A stretch of DNA of 64,000 nt from an uncultured Clostridia bacterium (GCA_944381205.1 CALWKG010000001.1:20-64019), one strand, 5' to 3'. Positions 19,307 through 28,605 are shown, counted from the first letter of the stretch. Numbers and translations are program-made. Notes: generated by a model from the letters alone, not told the origin.

Positions 19307-19978
19307 ATGATAATTATGGATACAATGATTTCGCTAGTAGGCGTTTATAAAAGGTATGCAAGAGAGTATTATGCAATTCAAAACATCACTTTTGAGGTTT
19401 TAAAAGGGGAAACTTTGGCATTAGTTGGCCCAAAAGAAAGTGGTAAAACTTGTATAATGCGTATTCTTGCTGGAATTGAAACACCAGACAAGGGAGAGGT
19501 TTTTATTAAAAATTTTCCACTAAAAAAAGTTGATTACTCTGTAGATGTTTCAATGGGATATTTACCATATAATACACTTTTTTTTGAAAAAAAGACAGTT
19601 TATGATAATTTAAAATATGTTTTAGAAATAAGAAAAACAGATAAAGGGCAAATCGAATCAAAAATAAACGAAACTGTTATTGATTTTAGATTGGAAAGTA
19701 TTTTAAATACTAAGGCAGAAAATTTATCCAAATACGAAAGATATTTAGTTAGTATAGCTAGACTTAGTTTTAGAAAGTTGGAAATCGTTTTAGTAGACGA
19801 TATATTTGAAGACCTTACACAGCAAGAAACAAAAGAATTATTAAAACTTTTCAGAAAGTATTTTGTTAAGAAAAATGTTACAATTCTATTTGCAACAAGC
19901 GATGAAAAATTGGCAAAGAATTTAACAAATCATATTATTTATCTTAAATATGGTGCTATTGAAAAGGAAGAAAAATAA
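19307..19978 (+). CDS. ABC-type ATPase domain protein with degenerate catalytic motifs
   Basis: Walker A is intact (GPKESGKT). The signature LSGGQ reads LSKYE, Walker B reads VLVDDI (DD rather than DE), and the H-loop reads ATSD (Ser rather than His). The start is uncertain (ATG 19307, 19316 or 19325) and I see no SD. TATAAT at 19300-19305 abuts the first ATG. Confidence 0.65.
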   Translation: MIIMDTMISLVGVYKRYAREYYAIQNITFEVLKGETLALVGPKESGKTCIMRILAGIETPDKGEVFIKNFPLKKVDYSVDVSMGYLPYNTLFFEKKTVYDNLKYVLEIRKTDKGQIESKINETVIDFRLESILNTKAENLSKYERYLVSIARLSFRKLEIVLVDDIFEDLTQQETKELLKLFRKYFVKKNVTILFATSDEKLAKNLTNHIIYLKYGAIEKEEK

Positions 19979-19994
19979 AAGGATTTTTGATGCT

Positions 19995-20390
19995 ATGGGT
20001 AGAAAAAAATTAATAGTTTGCAATTTATCATTTGATGAAAACGATACAATTGAAAGTAAGATTTTAAAGATGTTTTCGCCAGAAAATCTTATTAATTGCT
20101 TTTCTGAAAAAAACTATGAATCTTATAAAAAAGTAATTGACCATCAAAATATTCAAATGGTTTTAAATGATAAAGAATTAATGGAAACAATCTATGCTTT
20201 TTTTGAGAATAACTTAAATACTTCTGTTACAAGCGCAAAAACTTTTATGCACAGGAATACTTTAAATTATAGACTTGATAAAGTAAAAAAATTAACGGGA
20301 TTAAATTTAAAATTATTTGAGCACGCAATAGTTTTTAAAAATTTAATAATTATTAATGACATTATAAAATCTTTTGAAGAAATAGATTGA
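19995..20390 (+). CDS. small PucR-type C-terminal HTH (HTH_30) protein
   Basis: The start is taken at ATG 19995 (MGRKKLIV), about 12 nt after AAAGGA. The HTH reads SAKTFMHRNTLNYRLDKVKKLTGLNL. There is no sensor domain. It follows the ABC-like ATPase directly. Confidence 0.65.
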   Translation: MGRKKLIVCNLSFDENDTIESKILKMFSPENLINCFSEKNYESYKKVIDHQNIQMVLNDKELMETIYAFFENNLNTSVTSAKTFMHRNTLNYRLDKVKKLTGLNLKLFEHAIVFKNLIIINDIIKSFEEID

Positions 20391-20392
20391 TG

Positions 20393-20429
20393 AAAAAAAG
20401 GACTTATTTTATAGGTCCTTTATTTTTTT
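20393..20429. terminator. bidirectional terminator hairpin
   Basis: AAAGGAC / GTCCTTT with an 11-nt loop, flanked by A7 and T7. It overlaps the last codons of the minus-strand ORF. Confidence 0.55.
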
Positions 20430-20735
20430 AAACTTTTCTATTTTTTTTAAATTAGTGTTACTTGTATTGCCTATGCTTGTTGTGAGATTATTTTTTAAAA
20501 TATCAGATAAAAGATTGGCACTATTTTGCCCGTTATTTGACGTAAAAATACTTGTTATAGCAGATAATAGATTTGAGTTAATATCTCCTTTGTTTGATAG
20601 CAAATTTTGTAGTAAATTATTATTTTGCATTTGGAGATGATTATTGTCGGGTTGTTGGTTGTTTTGTCTGCCATCTAATAATATTTGAGGGTAACTTTGC
20701 TTTGTTAAATTATAACTATTATATTCTTCGTTCAT
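20409..20735 (-). CDS. hypothetical N/Q/L/S-rich low-complexity protein
   Basis: 108 aa with an internal NLLS-type repeat (LLQNLLSN, NSNLLSAI, SANLLSDI). The RBS AAGGT lies 6 nt upstream of the ATG. I recognise no family, and the AT-rich background tempers confidence. Confidence 0.45.
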   Translation of the reverse strand: MNEEYNSYNLTKQSYPQILLDGRQNNQQPDNNHLQMQNNNLLQNLLSNKGDINSNLLSAITSIFTSNNGQNSANLLSDILKNNLTTSIGNTSNTNLKKIEKFKKIKDL

Positions 20736-20846
20736 TTCTTTACCTTGTTTTTGTTACTTAATATGAAAAATCCTTAATATTTGTTACAGGCACCATTATT
20801 GATTTTTTTGGCATATAATACAAAGACAAAAAGTAAAGGAAGTATT

Positions 20847-21146
20847 ATGGAAAAAAATTTATTTGACTACATTGATAATCACAAATTAAAAGAAGATGTA
20901 AATAAGGAAATTAATAATTCTTTTGATGATAAGACAAAAGAAGATGTTAATAAATTATACGAAAAATATAAAGATTATAATGAGCAGGAACTATTGCAAG
21001 AATTTTTATCCACAAGCAGACAAAAAATAAAAGATGGAAGCCTAGATAAGTCAAATTTAGAAAAAACAATTAATTCACTTTCTCCATATTTATCGTCTAG
21101 CCAAAAGTCGTTTTTAGAAAATTTGATTAATAAGATAGATGAATAA
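20847..21146 (+). CDS. hypothetical small charged helical protein, translationally coupled to the S8 protease
   Basis: The start is reassigned to ATG 20847 (MEKNLFDY) after AAAGGAAG. It is 99 aa and K/E/D-rich. Its stop overlaps the start of the next gene by 8 nt. Confidence 0.55.
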   Translation: MEKNLFDYIDNHKLKEDVNKEINNSFDDKTKEDVNKLYEKYKDYNEQELLQEFLSTSRQKIKDGSLDKSNLEKTINSLSPYLSSSQKSFLENLINKIDE

Positions 21147-22296
21147 TTACTGTAATAAAATATGTAAAGAACTTTTAAAGGTTGTGGAATTAAAAAAAAG
21201 TGGAGAGTTAAGTAGTTGTATAATTTACGCTAACAGTTATAATAAATTAAAAGAGAAAGTTAAAAGTTTAAATACCACATATTACGAGTACCCTTTTATA
21301 AAAGCGATAGGTGTTAGTTTAAATCAAAATCAAATAATTCAATTTGCAAAAACAAGTATTGTGGGTTTTATTTCCAAACAAACAAAAGTATCAACACAGG
21401 TACATATAGCAAAAAAAATTTTAAATACTCTTAGTCTTGAAAAACAAGTAAAAGACAATAAATTTTCTATTGCAATAATAGATACTGGGATAAACCCACA
21501 TATTGATTTTTGTATCCCAAGTTACAGGATAATAAAATTTATTGATTTAATAAACAATAAAGAACACCCATATGATGATAATGGGCACGGTACTTATGTT
21601 GCCAGTATTGCTTGCGGAAATGGAATTGCAAGTGCAAAAAAATATAGCGGTATAGCAAGTAAGGCAAATATAGTTTCAATAAAGGCACTTGAATCAAATG
21701 GAGAAGCAGGAGCATACAAAATTTTAGAGGCAATGCAATGGATAAGCGATAACTATAAGAAATACAATATTAAAGTTGTTTGTATGAGTTTTGGTAGTAA
21801 TCCATTAGGCAAAAATGACCCACTAATTTTAGGAGCGGAAACTCTGTGGAGTATGGGAATTATTGTTGTTGCTGCGGCAGGGAATAGTGGACCTGAAAAT
21901 TATACAATAAAAGCACCTGGATTTTCTAGCAGGATAATAACTGTGGGTGGGTTAGATGATAATAGAAATGAAAATGATGAGTACGATTTTAAAAACTTTA
22001 AAGTTGCAAATTTTTCTTCTCGAGGACCTGCTGGAAGATTTTTTAAACCAGATTTAATTGCTCCCGCTGTAAACATAATAGGAGCCACTTTTAATACGAA
22101 AACCCGTGAATTTTATGCCAAAATGAGTGGAACAAGTGTTGCTACACCGATGATAGCAGGGATATGTTATTTGACGTTAGAAAAAGAACCAAACCTTAGC
22201 CCAGACCAAGTAAAATTAAAGTTAATTAGAAATTGTAAATCTTTAACAAAAAATAGAAATGAAGAAGGATTCGGTATTTTAACGTTAAAAAATTAA
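21139..22296 (+). CDS. subtilisin-family (S8) serine protease with I9-like propeptide, no signal peptide
   Basis: The catalytic triad contexts are AIIDTGI (Asp), DDNGHGTYVAS (His) and MSGTSVATPMIAG (Ser). The N-terminal ~100 aa resemble an inhibitor-I9 prodomain. Confidence 0.85.
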   Translation: MNNYCNKICKELLKVVELKKSGELSSCIIYANSYNKLKEKVKSLNTTYYEYPFIKAIGVSLNQNQIIQFAKTSIVGFISKQTKVSTQVHIAKKILNTLSLEKQVKDNKFSIAIIDTGINPHIDFCIPSYRIIKFIDLINNKEHPYDDNGHGTYVASIACGNGIASAKKYSGIASKANIVSIKALESNGEAGAYKILEAMQWISDNYKKYNIKVVCMSFGSNPLGKNDPLILGAETLWSMGIIVVAAAGNSGPENYTIKAPGFSSRIITVGGLDDNRNENDEYDFKNFKVANFSSRGPAGRFFKPDLIAPAVNIIGATFNTKTREFYAKMSGTSVATPMIAGICYLTLEKEPNLSPDQVKLKLIRNCKSLTKNRNEEGFGILTLKN

Positions 22297-22551
22297 TTAG
22301 ATTGATAAAGAATGGATTAGTCTTAATTTTTTAAACAAAAAACAAAAAGTTTACTTTTAAAGATTATACAGTTTCTTTATGTATGCTGTTAAATATCAAG
22401 AAATAACTTACTTACAGTTTTAAAAACAAAAGATAACTTATTTAGTTAGTTTGATGGTATTTTAATTAGAAATAAATTTTTGGCACACTTTTAGTACAAA
22501 AAGGGGCTAAAATCAAACATATAATTAAAAAATTTTTTTGATTAAATTCGT

Positions 22552-22580
22552 TTGACAATAAAAATTCTGCAAAATATAAT
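22552..22580 (+). promoter_or_regulatory. consensus sigma-A promoter for ftsA-ftsZ
   Basis: TTGACA at 22552-22557, a 17-nt spacer, and TATAAT at 22575-22580. Confidence 0.7.
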
Positions 22581-22615
22581 ATTATTATGTAATACTTGTT
22601 TAAATGGAGTTTTGT

Positions 22616-23731
22616 ATGGCAAGTAGGGAGTTTGTAGCCTTAGATTTTGGTAGCCAAAAAATAACGTTATTAGTAGGCACAAAAGACGTAAATAACACCC
22701 TTAACATCAAATGCACCATTGCAGAAAATTACGAGGGTTTTATGGACGGCGAATTTATTGCCGCTGATAAAATAGAAAACATCATTTTTAATTGTATTAA
22801 GAAGGCAGAAAGAGTGTGTGATTTTAAAATAAGGTCCATTGTTATAGGTGTTCCAACAGAGTTTTGTTTTTGTATGTGCAAGAATATTACTAAAACTTTT
22901 TTAAAGCAAAGAAGAATTACTCAAAAAGACATTGATGACTTATTTAACAGTGCAGATATTAACATAAAAACTCATACTGTAATTAATACTGGTAGTGTTT
23001 ACTATGTTTTGGGTGAAAAAAATAGGGTAAACGACCCAATAGGACAAACAGAAAGTAAAATCACCGCGTGTTTATCATTTATTCTTGCAGACAACAATTT
23101 TTTAAACAAAATTACTAAAATTATTGCAAAATGTGGTGTTGGTAATATTGATTTTGTATGTTCGGCTTTTGCTCAATCTTTGTATTTGTTTAGTGAAGAA
23201 GAAAGGGATAAATATGTTTTGATGGTGGATTGTGGGTATATTTCCACAACAGTTATGCTAGCAAGAGGGAATGGGATTTTAAATTTAACAAGTTTTTCAT
23301 TAGGGGGTGGGTTTATATCCGCTGACCTATCTAAGTGCTTAAAAATTTCATTTAAAGATGCAGAACATTTGTTAAGAAAAATTGTGCTATGTATAGAACC
23401 AGAAGAACAAGATACATACGATATTGTTGTAGAACAGAAGTCTATTCCAATTTCTATGAAAATAGCAAATGCAATTGTAGAAAGTAGAATAGAAGTGATT
23501 GCAAAGACTATTCAAAAATGCTTTAATTCTTGGCAATATAATTTTCCTGATTTTATACCAATAAAACTGACCGGTGGTGGAATTTCTTTCATAAAAGGTG
23601 GTAAAGACCTGTTATCAAAAATTCTTGGTAAAAATGTCGAAATTATACAAATACCATATAATATAACATCAAAAACCAATTTTTCGTCTAGCCTAGCGGT
23701 TCTAAATTATGCTATAAATATAAAAAGTTAA
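22616..23731 (+). CDS. ftsA: cell division protein FtsA (short, divergent)
   Basis: The start is set to ATG 22616, 6 nt after GGAG. Actin-fold motifs are present: ALDFGSQKITLLVG, VDCGYISTT and KLTGGGISFIKG. It lies directly upstream of ftsZ. The protein ends soon after the core. Confidence 0.8.
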   Translation: MASREFVALDFGSQKITLLVGTKDVNNTLNIKCTIAENYEGFMDGEFIAADKIENIIFNCIKKAERVCDFKIRSIVIGVPTEFCFCMCKNITKTFLKQRRITQKDIDDLFNSADINIKTHTVINTGSVYYVLGEKNRVNDPIGQTESKITACLSFILADNNFLNKITKIIAKCGVGNIDFVCSAFAQSLYLFSEEERDKYVLMVDCGYISTTVMLARGNGILNLTSFSLGGGFISADLSKCLKISFKDAEHLLRKIVLCIEPEEQDTYDIVVEQKSIPISMKIANAIVESRIEVIAKTIQKCFNSWQYNFPDFIPIKLTGGGISFIKGGKDLLSKILGKNVEIIQIPYNITSKTNFSSSLAVLNYAINIKS

Positions 23732-23749
23732 AATTTTTGGAGGGATAAA

Positions 23750-24898
23750 ATGTATAACGCAAATAGTATCAGTCACGTGGCAAACATTAAAGTTGTAGGG
23801 ATTGGTGGAGGTGGCAATAATGCCGTTAATAGAATGGTTGCTGCCAATGTAACAAGTGCAGAATTTGTTGCAATAAATACGGACAAGCAAGCATTACTTA
23901 TGAGCAAGGCAACTCATAGAATACAAATAGGGGAAAAGTTAACTCGTGGTTTGGGTGCTGGTGCAGACCCAGAAATTGGTCAAAAAGCAGCAGAAGAAAG
24001 CAAGGCTGTTATAAATGAAATGTTAAAAGGTTGTGACCTTGTATTTATTACCGCGGGTATGGGCGGTGGAACAGGAACAGGTGCTGCGCCTGTTGTAGCA
24101 CAAATAGCAAAAGAAATGGATATTTTAACAATCGCAGTAGTAACAAAGCCTTTTGAGTTTGAAGGTAAGACTAGAATGGCAAATGCGGAAAGAGGTATTG
24201 CGAATTTGAAAAAATTTGTAGATACTCTTGTAATCATTCCAAATGATAAATTAATAAAGATTGTTCCAAAAGGGACTCCTATTGTAGAGGCATTCCGTTG
24301 TGCTGATGATGTTTTAAGGCAAGGGATACAGGGAATTTCAGATTTAATTGTAACTCCAAGTTTAATCAATCTAGATTTTGCCGATGTTAAAACAATTATG
24401 AAAGATAAAGGTCTTGCTCATATGGGTATTGGTAGAGGAAAAGGAGAAACAAAAACTATCGATGCCGTAAGACAAGCCGTACAAAGTCCTTTGCTTGAAA
24501 CGAATATAGAAGGAGCAACTGGAATTTTGCTTAATGTAAAGGGCGGGCTAGATTTGCCTTTGGACGAAGTTAATGAAGCGGCTCAACTTGTAAGAGAAGT
24601 GGTTGACCCTAATTGTAATATTATTTTTGGCGCGGGAGTTGATGAATCTCTAAGTGAAGAAGTTGAAATCACAGTTATTGCAACCGGGTTTCAGCAAGGT
24701 AGAGTTCAGCAAAAAGAACAACCAGCAGAATATAATATTCCAAAAATGAATTTTGACGATTTTGTTGAAAAGGAAGAAGATGAAGATGTAGAACAAGAAG
24801 AAGCACTTGTACAAGAAGCCCCAACTTCTAGAATAAAAATAGACGAGAGAAAAGCAGGAATTCCGGCATTTCTTGACAAATTAAGAAGGAATAGATAG
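23750..24898 (+). CDS. ftsZ: cell division protein FtsZ
   Basis: 382 aa with the tubulin signature [10 protein letters not shown], the opening [17 protein letters not shown] and the C-terminal peptide [10 protein letters not shown]. Confidence 0.97.
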   Translation: MYNANSISHVANIKVVGIGGGGNNAVNRMVAANVTSAEFVAINTDKQALLMSKATHRIQIGEKLTRGLGAGADPEIGQKAAEESKAVINEMLKGCDLVFITAGMGGGTGTGAAPVVAQIAKEMDILTIAVVTKPFEFEGKTRMANAERGIANLKKFVDTLVIIPNDKLIKIVPKGTPIVEAFRCADDVLRQGIQGISDLIVTPSLINLDFADVKTIMKDKGLAHMGIGRGKGETKTIDAVRQAVQSPLLETNIEGATGILLNVKGGLDLPLDEVNEAAQLVREVVDPNCNIIFGAGVDESLSEEVEITVIATGFQQGRVQQKEQPAEYNIPKMNFDDFVEKEEDEDVEQEEALVQEAPTSRIKIDERKAGIPAFLDKLRRNR

Positions 24899-24922
24899 TT
24901 CTCTCGCTTTACTCTTTTAAAA

Positions 24923-24953
24923 ACATCTACTAAATTGGTAGGTGTTTTTTTTT
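24923..24953 (+). terminator. rho-independent terminator after ftsZ
   Basis: ACATCTAC / GTAGGTGT (one G-U pair) followed by T9. Confidence 0.7.
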
Positions 24954-25032
24954 CGCCAAAAGTTTTCATTTTATATTTTTTTTATTTAATTTTTGTAATA
25001 GTTTTATAATTTATAACTGTTAAAATGGGTAT

Positions 25033-25839
25033 ATGGAAATTTACATAGAAGATGCAATTTTACAAAATTTTATTATTAACTATGTCTTACTTTCAATATC
25101 TTGTTGTATGTGTATGCTAAGGTCTAATAAATTAAGAAAAACAATCACATCTTTTTTGGGTTGTACGTTTGCAATAATATTGACTTTTTTTCAGTTTTCA
25201 TCAGTTATTGACATTGTTATAAAAATTTTATGCGGGGCATTAATGTGTGCTTTTGCAATAAGTAAATTTGAATATAAAAAATATTTACTATTTACTTTTA
25301 CCTTTTTATCTTTTACTTTTTTAATGGGTGGAATGATTATTGCCTTTGAGTATCTATTTAATATAGAAATTAATGGATTAATCTGTGCAATGATAATTTT
25401 TGTTTTTTACCTAATTTTGAAATCACTTATCAAGTTTTTTTATTACAAACGACAAATAAATCATTTTTATTACAAATTAAGTTTAGAAAATCAGGGCAAG
25501 AATTTTAAAATAACAGCATATCTTGATAGTGGAAATTTAATAAGAGATGATGAAACAGGTTTGCCTATACTAATTATTAATTTTGAGACTTTTGAAAAGA
25601 TATTTAATAAAGTTACCATTATGGATTACCTTCAAAAAAGGTTAGATAAAAAGTTAAATGGCAGATACATATCAGTATCGACTATAAATGGGAATGGACA
25701 AATATTTGTATGTAGTATAGATAAGATTGTTGCCATTGAGAATAACCATAGTAAGCAAATTAATGTTTTATTAGGACTTTCAAACAATATGTTTAAAGAT
25801 AAAGATTATGATGCCTTGCTTAGCCCACTTGCATTATAA
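25033..25839 (+). CDS. spoIIGA: sigma-E processing peptidase SpoIIGA
   Basis: 268 aa with five N-terminal TMs and a C-terminal aspartic-protease motif (YLDSGNLIRD). It lies upstream of sigE. Confidence 0.9.
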   Translation: MEIYIEDAILQNFIINYVLLSISCCMCMLRSNKLRKTITSFLGCTFAIILTFFQFSSVIDIVIKILCGALMCAFAISKFEYKKYLLFTFTFLSFTFLMGGMIIAFEYLFNIEINGLICAMIIFVFYLILKSLIKFFYYKRQINHFYYKLSLENQGKNFKITAYLDSGNLIRDDETGLPILIINFETFEKIFNKVTIMDYLQKRLDKKLNGRYISVSTINGNGQIFVCSIDKIVAIENNHSKQINVLLGLSNNMFKDKDYDALLSPLAL

Positions 25840-25854
25840 AAAGGAGTATTTAAT

Positions 25855-26583
25855 ATGAATATAATAAAAAAAATACAAAGATTATTTAAGAAATTATTTA
25901 ATTTAGACTTTTTTGCAATTAGAGAAAAATTAGTTGCGTATGTGAGTAAGAGGGAAGTATTACCGAGAGCACTAACTGAGCAAGAGGAGGAGATTTTACT
26001 CGATAAACTTCGACATAATGATAACAGTGCTAGGAGTGAATTAATAGAGCATAATCTTAGGCTTGTAGTATATATTGCTAAAAAATTCGAAAACAGTGGG
26101 GCAGAGATAGATGATTTGATTTCTGTTGGGGCTATTGGGCTTATAAAAGCTGTACAAAGTTTTGATGTTAATAAAAACATAAAACTCGCCACTTATGCTT
26201 CTCGCTGTATTGAAAATGAAATATTAATGTTCATTAGAAAAAAAACAAAACAAAATCTAGAAGTTAGCCTTGATGAACCATTAAATTATGACAAAGACGG
26301 TAATGAACTATTGTTGTCTGATATTTTAGAAAGTGAAAATGATGAAATGAATGTTGGGCTAGAAAAAGACAGTGATAATAAAATTTTATGGAATGCAATA
26401 AGAAGATTAAATAAGCGGGAACAAAAGATTATGGAACTGCGTTTTGGGTTAAATGGTGATGAAGAAAATACCCAAAAGGAAGTTGCTGATATGTTGGGAA
26501 TTTCACAAAGTTATATTTCAAGAATAGAAAAAAAGATTTTATCTCGTCTAAAAAAAGACTTGATAAAATCCAATATTAATTGA
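25855..26583 (+). CDS. sigE: RNA polymerase sporulation sigma factor SigE (pro-sigma-E)
   Basis: 242 aa with a pro-sequence, then [26 protein letters not shown] and [14 protein letters not shown]. The RBS is AAGGAG. Confidence 0.95.
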   Translation: MNIIKKIQRLFKKLFNLDFFAIREKLVAYVSKREVLPRALTEQEEEILLDKLRHNDNSARSELIEHNLRLVVYIAKKFENSGAEIDDLISVGAIGLIKAVQSFDVNKNIKLATYASRCIENEILMFIRKKTKQNLEVSLDEPLNYDKDGNELLLSDILESENDEMNVGLEKDSDNKILWNAIRRLNKREQKIMELRFGLNGDEENTQKEVADMLGISQSYISRIEKKILSRLKKDLIKSNIN

Positions 26584-27349
26584 AGTTTTTTCTTATTTCA
26601 GTTAAAGCATTTTTTTCTAATCGACTTACTTGTGCTTGGGATATTCCAACCTCATTGCTTATTTCAACTTGGGTTTTTCCAATAAAATATCTTAGCCACA
26701 AAATTTCTTTTTCACGGGGATTTAGTCCATTTAAGGCTTCTTTTAGTGCCACGTGTTCTATAAAATCGTCGCTATTGTTCTTCTTATCTCTTATCTGGTC
26801 CATAACCATAATTGTTTCGTTGCTATCATTATATGCGGGTTCATATAAAGATACAGGTTCTGAAATTGCATCTAAAGCATTTAATACATCTCGCTCATTT
26901 AAACCGGCTTCTTTTGCTATATCTTCAATTTTTGGGTCGTTAGGGGTATCTTGTGCCAATTTATCACGTGCTTGCAGGGCTTTATATGCTATATCTCTTA
27001 AACTTCTACTAACTCTAACACAACTGTTATCTCTTAAAAATCTTCTAATTTCGCCTATAATCATTGGCACAGCATATGTTGAAAATTTTACGTTAAAGTT
27101 TTCGTCAAAATTATCCATAGCCTTTATTAATCCAACAAAGCCAACTTGGAATATATCGTCTATATTACTTTTGCTCATATTAAATCTTTTTACGATGCTT
27201 AAAACTAATCTCATATTACAATATAGAAATGTCTGGCGAGCATCTTTATCTCCTTGTTTTAATTTTTTCATTAATTCAGATACTTCGCTAGATTTTAATT
27301 TTGGCAAATTAGTTGTGTTTATTCCACAAATATCAACTCTACTAGACAT
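26576..27349 (-). CDS. sigG: RNA polymerase sporulation sigma factor SigG
   Basis: The start is set to ATG 27349 ([19 protein letters not shown]), 8 nt after AGGGG. SigG-specific blocks are present: [30 protein letters not shown] and [15 protein letters not shown]. It is on the opposite strand from sigE. Confidence 0.93.
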   Translation of the reverse strand: MSSRVDICGINTTNLPKLKSSEVSELMKKLKQGDKDARQTFLYCNMRLVLSIVKRFNMSKSNIDDIFQVGFVGLIKAMDNFDENFNVKFSTYAVPMIIGEIRRFLRDNSCVRVSRSLRDIAYKALQARDKLAQDTPNDPKIEDIAKEAGLNERDVLNALDAISEPVSLYEPAYNDSNETIMVMDQIRDKKNNSDDFIEHVALKEALNGLNPREKEILWLRYFIGKTQVEISNEVGISQAQVSRLEKNALTEIRKNFN

Positions 27350-27379
27350 TAGTTTGACCCCTAAAAAATTATCTATTTT

Positions 27380-27408
27380 TAGAGTGTCCAACTAAGATTT
27401 AATTATAC
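27380..27408 (-). promoter_or_regulatory. candidate forespore-type (sigma-F/sigma-G) promoter for sigG
   Basis: On the minus strand: GTATA (27408-27404), then 14 nt to GGACACTCTA, or 17 nt to CACTCTA (27389-27380). This approximates GTATA...GGnnAnAnTA (sigma-F) and GnATA-N17/18-CATnnTA (sigma-G). The predicted leader is about 25 nt. Confidence 0.35.
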
Positions 27409-27496
27409 ATATTATTTTATTATTTTTAAAAAATTTGTTTTATTTTGTAGAAATATTGAATACTTATTAATAACTATAAGTTATAAAGGAATATTT

Positions 27497-27826
27497 ATGG
27501 AAACATCTTTTACCGAATTAAGAAACAAGGAAGTAATTAATGTTTTAAGTGGTAGGGTTTTGGGGCATATAAATGATGTTATTATAGATTTAACAAGGCA
27601 TTGTGTACTAGGATTTATGGTTCCGGGGTGTAACTCTTTTTTTAATTTTTTTAAGCCAGCACAAGAAATTTTTATTCCTTTTAATAATATCTGTAAAATA
27701 GGGGAAGATGTGATTTTGGTTGAAATTATTGAAACCCCAAGAAAAAAGCAAAAAAATAAAAATGTAAAGATTTTTGATGCAGGACTAGATAGTAACGAAA
27801 ATATTAATCAAAAAGAAGAAAAATAA
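27497..27826 (+). CDS. ylmC: YlmC/YmxH family sporulation protein (PRC-barrel)
   Basis: It contains SFTELRNKEVINVLSGRVLGHINDVIIDL and IPFNNICKIGEDVILVE, followed by a K-rich tail. Confidence 0.85.
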   Translation: METSFTELRNKEVINVLSGRVLGHINDVIIDLTRHCVLGFMVPGCNSFFNFFKPAQEIFIPFNNICKIGEDVILVEIIETPRKKQKNKNVKIFDAGLDSNENINQKEEK

Positions 27827-27885
27827 CTTGTTAGTAAAGCATATTTTTGATATACTTTTCTTGTAATAAAGGGGATAGTATATAA

Positions 27886-28332
27886 ATGAAATGTGTTTTT
27901 TGTGGATTTGAAGACAGTAGAGTAATAGATTCTAGGTCATCGGAAGACGGTAGTTCTATTAGAAGAAGACGTGAATGTTTGAAATGTGGTAAACGTTTTA
28001 CTACTTATGAAACAGTAGAAAGTACCCCAATATTAGTAATCAAAAATGATGGTTCTAGACAGGCTTTTGATGCTCAAAAGATTAAAAGGGGTATTATAAA
28101 ATCTTGCGAAAAGCGCCCTGTTTCTATGAGTCAAATAGATGAACTTGTTAGAGATATTGAAAAATACATAAATAACTCGTTAGCCCAAGAGATTAAAAGT
28201 AGCGAAATTGGCGAAATGGTTATGGATAGGTTAAAGAAATTAGATGAAATTTCCTATGTGCGATTTGCTGCGGTTTATAGGAAGTTTAAAGACATAACAA
28301 CTTTTATAAATTTTTTAAATTCTGTCCAATAA
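27886..28332 (+). CDS. nrdR: transcriptional repressor NrdR
   Basis: 148 aa. The zinc ribbon reads MKCVFCGF...CLKCGKRFTTYE, followed by an ATP-cone. Confidence 0.95.
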   Translation: MKCVFCGFEDSRVIDSRSSEDGSSIRRRRECLKCGKRFTTYETVESTPILVIKNDGSRQAFDAQKIKRGIIKSCEKRPVSMSQIDELVRDIEKYINNSLAQEIKSSEIGEMVMDRLKKLDEISYVRFAAVYRKFKDITTFINFLNSVQ

Positions 28333-28371
28333 ACTATAATACAAATAAAAGGTTGTTCATATTAATTTTAT

Positions 28372-28605
28372 ATGGACAATCTTTTTTCTTTGGATAAAGG
28401 TCAAAAAAATAAAAGTTATAAAATTATAAAAGTAACAGGTGACGACAAGATTAAACGTAGATTATTGGATTTGGGTTTTGTAAATTGTAATATTAAGATT
28501 TTAAAGACTTCTGCTTTAAGACAAGTTTTTCTTGTAGAAATTAGGGGTTTTTTATTGGCAATAAAAAGGACTGAATTGTCAAGGGTTTTGGTGTGCAATG
28601 CGTGA
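28372..28605 (+). CDS. feoA: ferrous iron transport protein FeoA
   Basis: 77 aa with an SH3-like FeoA pattern (KIIKVTGDDKIKRRLLDLGF). It overlaps the feoB start. Confidence 0.85.
   Translation: MDNLFSLDKGQKNKSYKIIKVTGDDKIKRRLLDLGFVNCNIKILKTSALRQVFLVEIRGFLLAIKRTELSRVLVCNA

Noticed and set aside
24951-24957. A possible Spo0A box (TTCGCCA versus TTCGACA) lies upstream of spoIIGA.
   Set aside because: It is a single 7-mer with a mismatch, located inside the ftsZ terminator T-run. That is not enough evidence.
26580-27395. A 271-aa plus-strand ORF exactly mirrors sigG.
   Set aside because: It is a full-length antisense shadow ORF. Its translation is low-complexity S/L/F-rich with no motifs, whereas the minus strand encodes an unmistakable SigG with an RBS.
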